This document shows positions 63,078 to 64,000 of a stretch of DNA of 64,000 nt, piece by piece; position 1 is the first letter of the stretch, and the number at the start of each line of letters is the position of its first letter. The stretch is from assembly GCF_009914755.1 (NCBI RefSeq), contig NC_060925.1. One strand, given 5' to 3'. Both the position numbers and the translations under genes were made by a program. Under the pieces are notes generated by a model that made no database searches, was not told the origin of the DNA, and saw only the letters and a program-made list of their open reading frames with translations. Origin of the DNA: the human T2T-CHM13v2.0 reference genome, Homo sapiens.

Positions 63078-63971
63078 GGGACAGTTTCCTCAACAACAAA
63101 GGAGGACTCAATGTATATATCTTATATCATAAGATGTATGCTAGAGATAAACTTTCCAATTTTTAAGCTTGGTGTGTACCCAGGGAAGTTATCTTGGTAT
63201 AAACCAGGTAATTTGGAAGTGAATTACAAATACTAAGGATCCAGATTTGAAGGCACTTTTAAGTGTAATTTGTTTTTCTTCTGTAAAGACCCACACAGAA
63301 TCCTGACTGTCCTTGTATTTGCTATCATGTAAGAGCTGTGTCAGTATTTGAGCCAAACTGGCAACTTACGAGATTAGAGTTAAATCAGTGGTCCTGAGCA
63401 GTGATTCCAAACTCTCACTGTGCCTTCACACCATCCATGTGTAATCCACCCCATCAGCAGTGGTTCTCCTACTTTCTCAGTGGGGGCATATCCTCAAGGG
63501 AGAATGTTGTGACTCTGGTGAGAGAGGAGTTGGCCTAGAGCAGGCCACTGTGAGCTCAGCACAGAGTAGGAAGAACAGTGACATCATTACAAAATCATCA
63601 ATAGCAGCAATAGCTGGTGTTTATTGAGCTGTTGCTCTTTGGCAAGCTCTGTGCTAAGAACTTTGTATACATCATCTCATTTAATCTTCACAACGGCCCC
63701 AGGAGATAAGTACTAACTTTCTCCCCATTTCCTAGAGGCTTGGGAAATTAAGTAACTCGCACTGGTCACACATCTGTAAGTGGGAGAGGCAGGATTCAAC
63801 AGATCTGTCTGTCTTGAGTCTATCGTGCTCTTATTGCTATACTGAATTCCCATTCATGTTAGGTAACTTAGGGGCCAGAATCTCCATGCACTTTGTAGAC
63901 CACATTTCCTGTTATGAAATTTCCACATTTTGAATTTTTTAAACAAATATGGAAACTGAGAATCCCTAAGG

Positions 63972-63977
63972 ATTAAA
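63972..63977 (+). terminator. candidate polyA signal (ATTAAA) of ZSCAN20
   Basis: ATTAAA ~900 bp after the stop; no AATAAA seen between stop and window end. Confidence 0.4.
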
Positions 63978-64000
63978 GGACTTGGGATATCCAGAATTGG

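Overview
Primate (very likely human) euchromatic DNA, consistent with the TLR12P-ZSCAN20 locus (1p35; assignment is from recognising the proteins, not from a database search). The first ~33 kb is intergenic and repeat-dense (Alu, L1PB/L1MA, L2, MIR, MLT1/THE1/MST LTRs, MADE1). 33851-36577 is an intronless, full-length unitary pseudogene of a TLR11-family Toll-like receptor (TLR12P). It is reconstructable as 909 codons with 6 in-frame stops and 4 frameshifts. A CpG-rich promoter at ~40 kb drives ZSCAN20 (+ strand, 8 exons). Its 7 coding exons splice to 3132 nt = 1043 aa: SCAN, degenerate KRAB relic, two Myb/SANT-like domains, 10 intact and 1 degenerate C2H2 fingers. I found no evidence of a new multi-gene system. 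The best leads are evolutionary/structural: a KRAB-A exon truncated by apparent loss of its splice acceptor, internal duplications in ZSCAN20, intron-2 sequence copied into intron 1, two different L1s inside one TSD, and Alu pairs sharing private mutations. Repeat subfamily names are by eye and approximate; MIR/L2 fragments are only partly listed.
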